A DNA stretch of 63,644 bases, filler included, from Nemertoderma westbladi (lineage: Eukaryota; Animalia; Xenacoelomorpha): NCBI GenBank assembly GCA_032718475.1. It is 3 parts of 3 records of this genome, joined end to end, with 100 filler letters (N's around TTAATTAATTAA, not from the genome) between each part and the next. Parts side by side here need not be neighbours in the genome. Positions count along the whole stretch, not along the records: positions 45,243 to 63,644 come from JAUCBJ010008091.1; 2 more parts are not named here. The stretch is one strand, 5' to 3'. Below the pieces are notes generated by a model that saw only the letters and a list, made by a program, of their open reading frames with translations, was not told the origin of the DNA and made no database searches. Of the stretch, positions 62,042 to 63,644 are shown one piece after another. The stretch's first letter is position 1; the number at the start of each line of letters is the position of its first letter. The translations under genes and the position numbers were made by a program.

Positions 62042-63644
62042 GACTGGCTGGCTGGCTGACTGACTGACTGACTGACTGACTGACTGACTGACTGACTGAC
62101 TGACTGACTGACTGACTGACTGACTGACTGACTGACTGACTGACTGACTGACTGACTGACTGACTGACTGACTGACTGACTGACTGACTGACTGACTGAC
62201 TGACTGACTGACTGACTGACTGACTGACTGACTGACTGACTGACTGACTGACTGACTGACTGACTGACTGACTGACTGACTGACTGACTGACTGACTGAC
62301 TGACTGACTGACTGACTGACTGACTGACTGACTGACTGACTGACTGACTGACTGACTGACTGACTGACTGACTGACTGACTGACTGACTGACTGACTGAC
62401 TGACTGACTGACTGACTGACTGACTGACTGACTGACTGACTGACTGACTGACTGACTGACTGACTGACTGACTGACTGACTGACTGACTGACTGACTGAC
62501 TGACTGACTGACTGACTGACTGACTGACTGACTGACTGACTGACTGACTGACTGACTGACTGACTGACTGACTGACTGACTGACTGACTGACTGACTGAC
62601 TGACTGACTGACTGACTGACTGACTGACTGACTGACTGACTGACTGACTGACTGACTGACTGACTGACTGACTGACTGACTGACTGACTGACTGACTGAC
62701 TGACTGACTGACTGACTGACTGACTGACTGACTGACTGACTGACTGACTGACTGACTGACTGACTGACTGACTGACTGACTGACTGACTGACTGACTGAC
62801 TGACTGACTGACTGACTGACTGACTGACTGACTGACTGACTGACTGACTGACTGACTGACTGACTGACTGACTGACTGACTGACTGACTGACTGACTGAC
62901 TGACTGACTGACTGACTGACTGACTGACTGACTGACTGACTGACTGACTGACTGACTGACTGACTGACTGACTGACTGACTGACTGACTGACTGACTGAC
63001 TGACTGACTGACTGACTGACTGACTGACTGACTGACTGACTGACTGACTGACTGACTGACTGACTGACTGACTGACTGACTGACTGACTGACTGACTGAC
63101 TGACTGACTGACTGACTGACTGACTGACTGACTGACTGACTGACTGACTGACTGACTGACTGACTGACTGACTGACTGACTGACTGACTGACTGACTGAC
63201 TGACTGACTGACTGACTGACTGACTGACTGACTGACTGACTGACTGACTGACTGACTGACTGACTGACTGACTGACTGACTGACTGACTGACTGACTGAC
63301 TGACTGACTGACTGACTGACTGACTGACTGACTGACTGACTGACTGACTGACTGACTGACTGACTGACTGACTGACTGACTGACTGACTGACTGACTGAC
63401 TGACTGACTGACTGACTGACTGACTGACTGACTGACTGACTGACTGACTGACTGACTGACTGACTGACTGACTGACTGACTGACTGACTGACTGACTGAC
63501 TGACTGACTGACTGACTGACTGACTGACTGACTGACTGACTGACTGACTGACTGACTGACTGACTGACTGACTGACTGACTGACTGACTGACTGACTGAC
63601 TGACTGACTGACTGACTGACTGACTGACTGACTGACTGACTGAC
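62042..63644. repeat. (GACT)n microsatellite, ~1.6 kb, running to the window end
   Basis: A few ggct units, then uninterrupted gact. Confidence 0.98.

Overview
Repeat-rich, AT-rich eukaryotic DNA, probably from an invertebrate animal. It is three sequence pieces joined by artificial N/TTAATTAATTAA/N linkers (17707-17806, 45143-45242), so adjacency across those points is not assured. Mobile elements: a Penelope-like element (RT + GIY-YIG), a CR1/L2-group LINE with a 2A-like peptide, PHD finger and APE endonuclease that is interrupted by a TTAA MITE and a solo LTR, several RTE-clade copies with (TAG)n tails and clear TSDs, a rearranged BEL/Pao element, a CR1-type RT, and many satellites. Host-like genes: an intronless sulfotransferase and an intronless ROC-COR protein with CARD-like C-terminal domains. 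The most notable system is a non-coding mobile family whose 412-bp unit joins a tRNA-like Pol III head to a minimal type I hammerhead ribozyme. It occurs as a ~2.8-unit tandem array (60513-61724), a TSD-flanked monomer (45990-46368) and a relic (12205-12402), each with a Penelope-style inverted end. Second is a ~1417-codon reading frame (22209-26462), split only by three in-frame stops, encoding a DEDDy 3'-5' exonuclease-like domain plus CCHC knuckles upstream of a candidate LTR. All calls come from reading motifs by eye; no searches were run.
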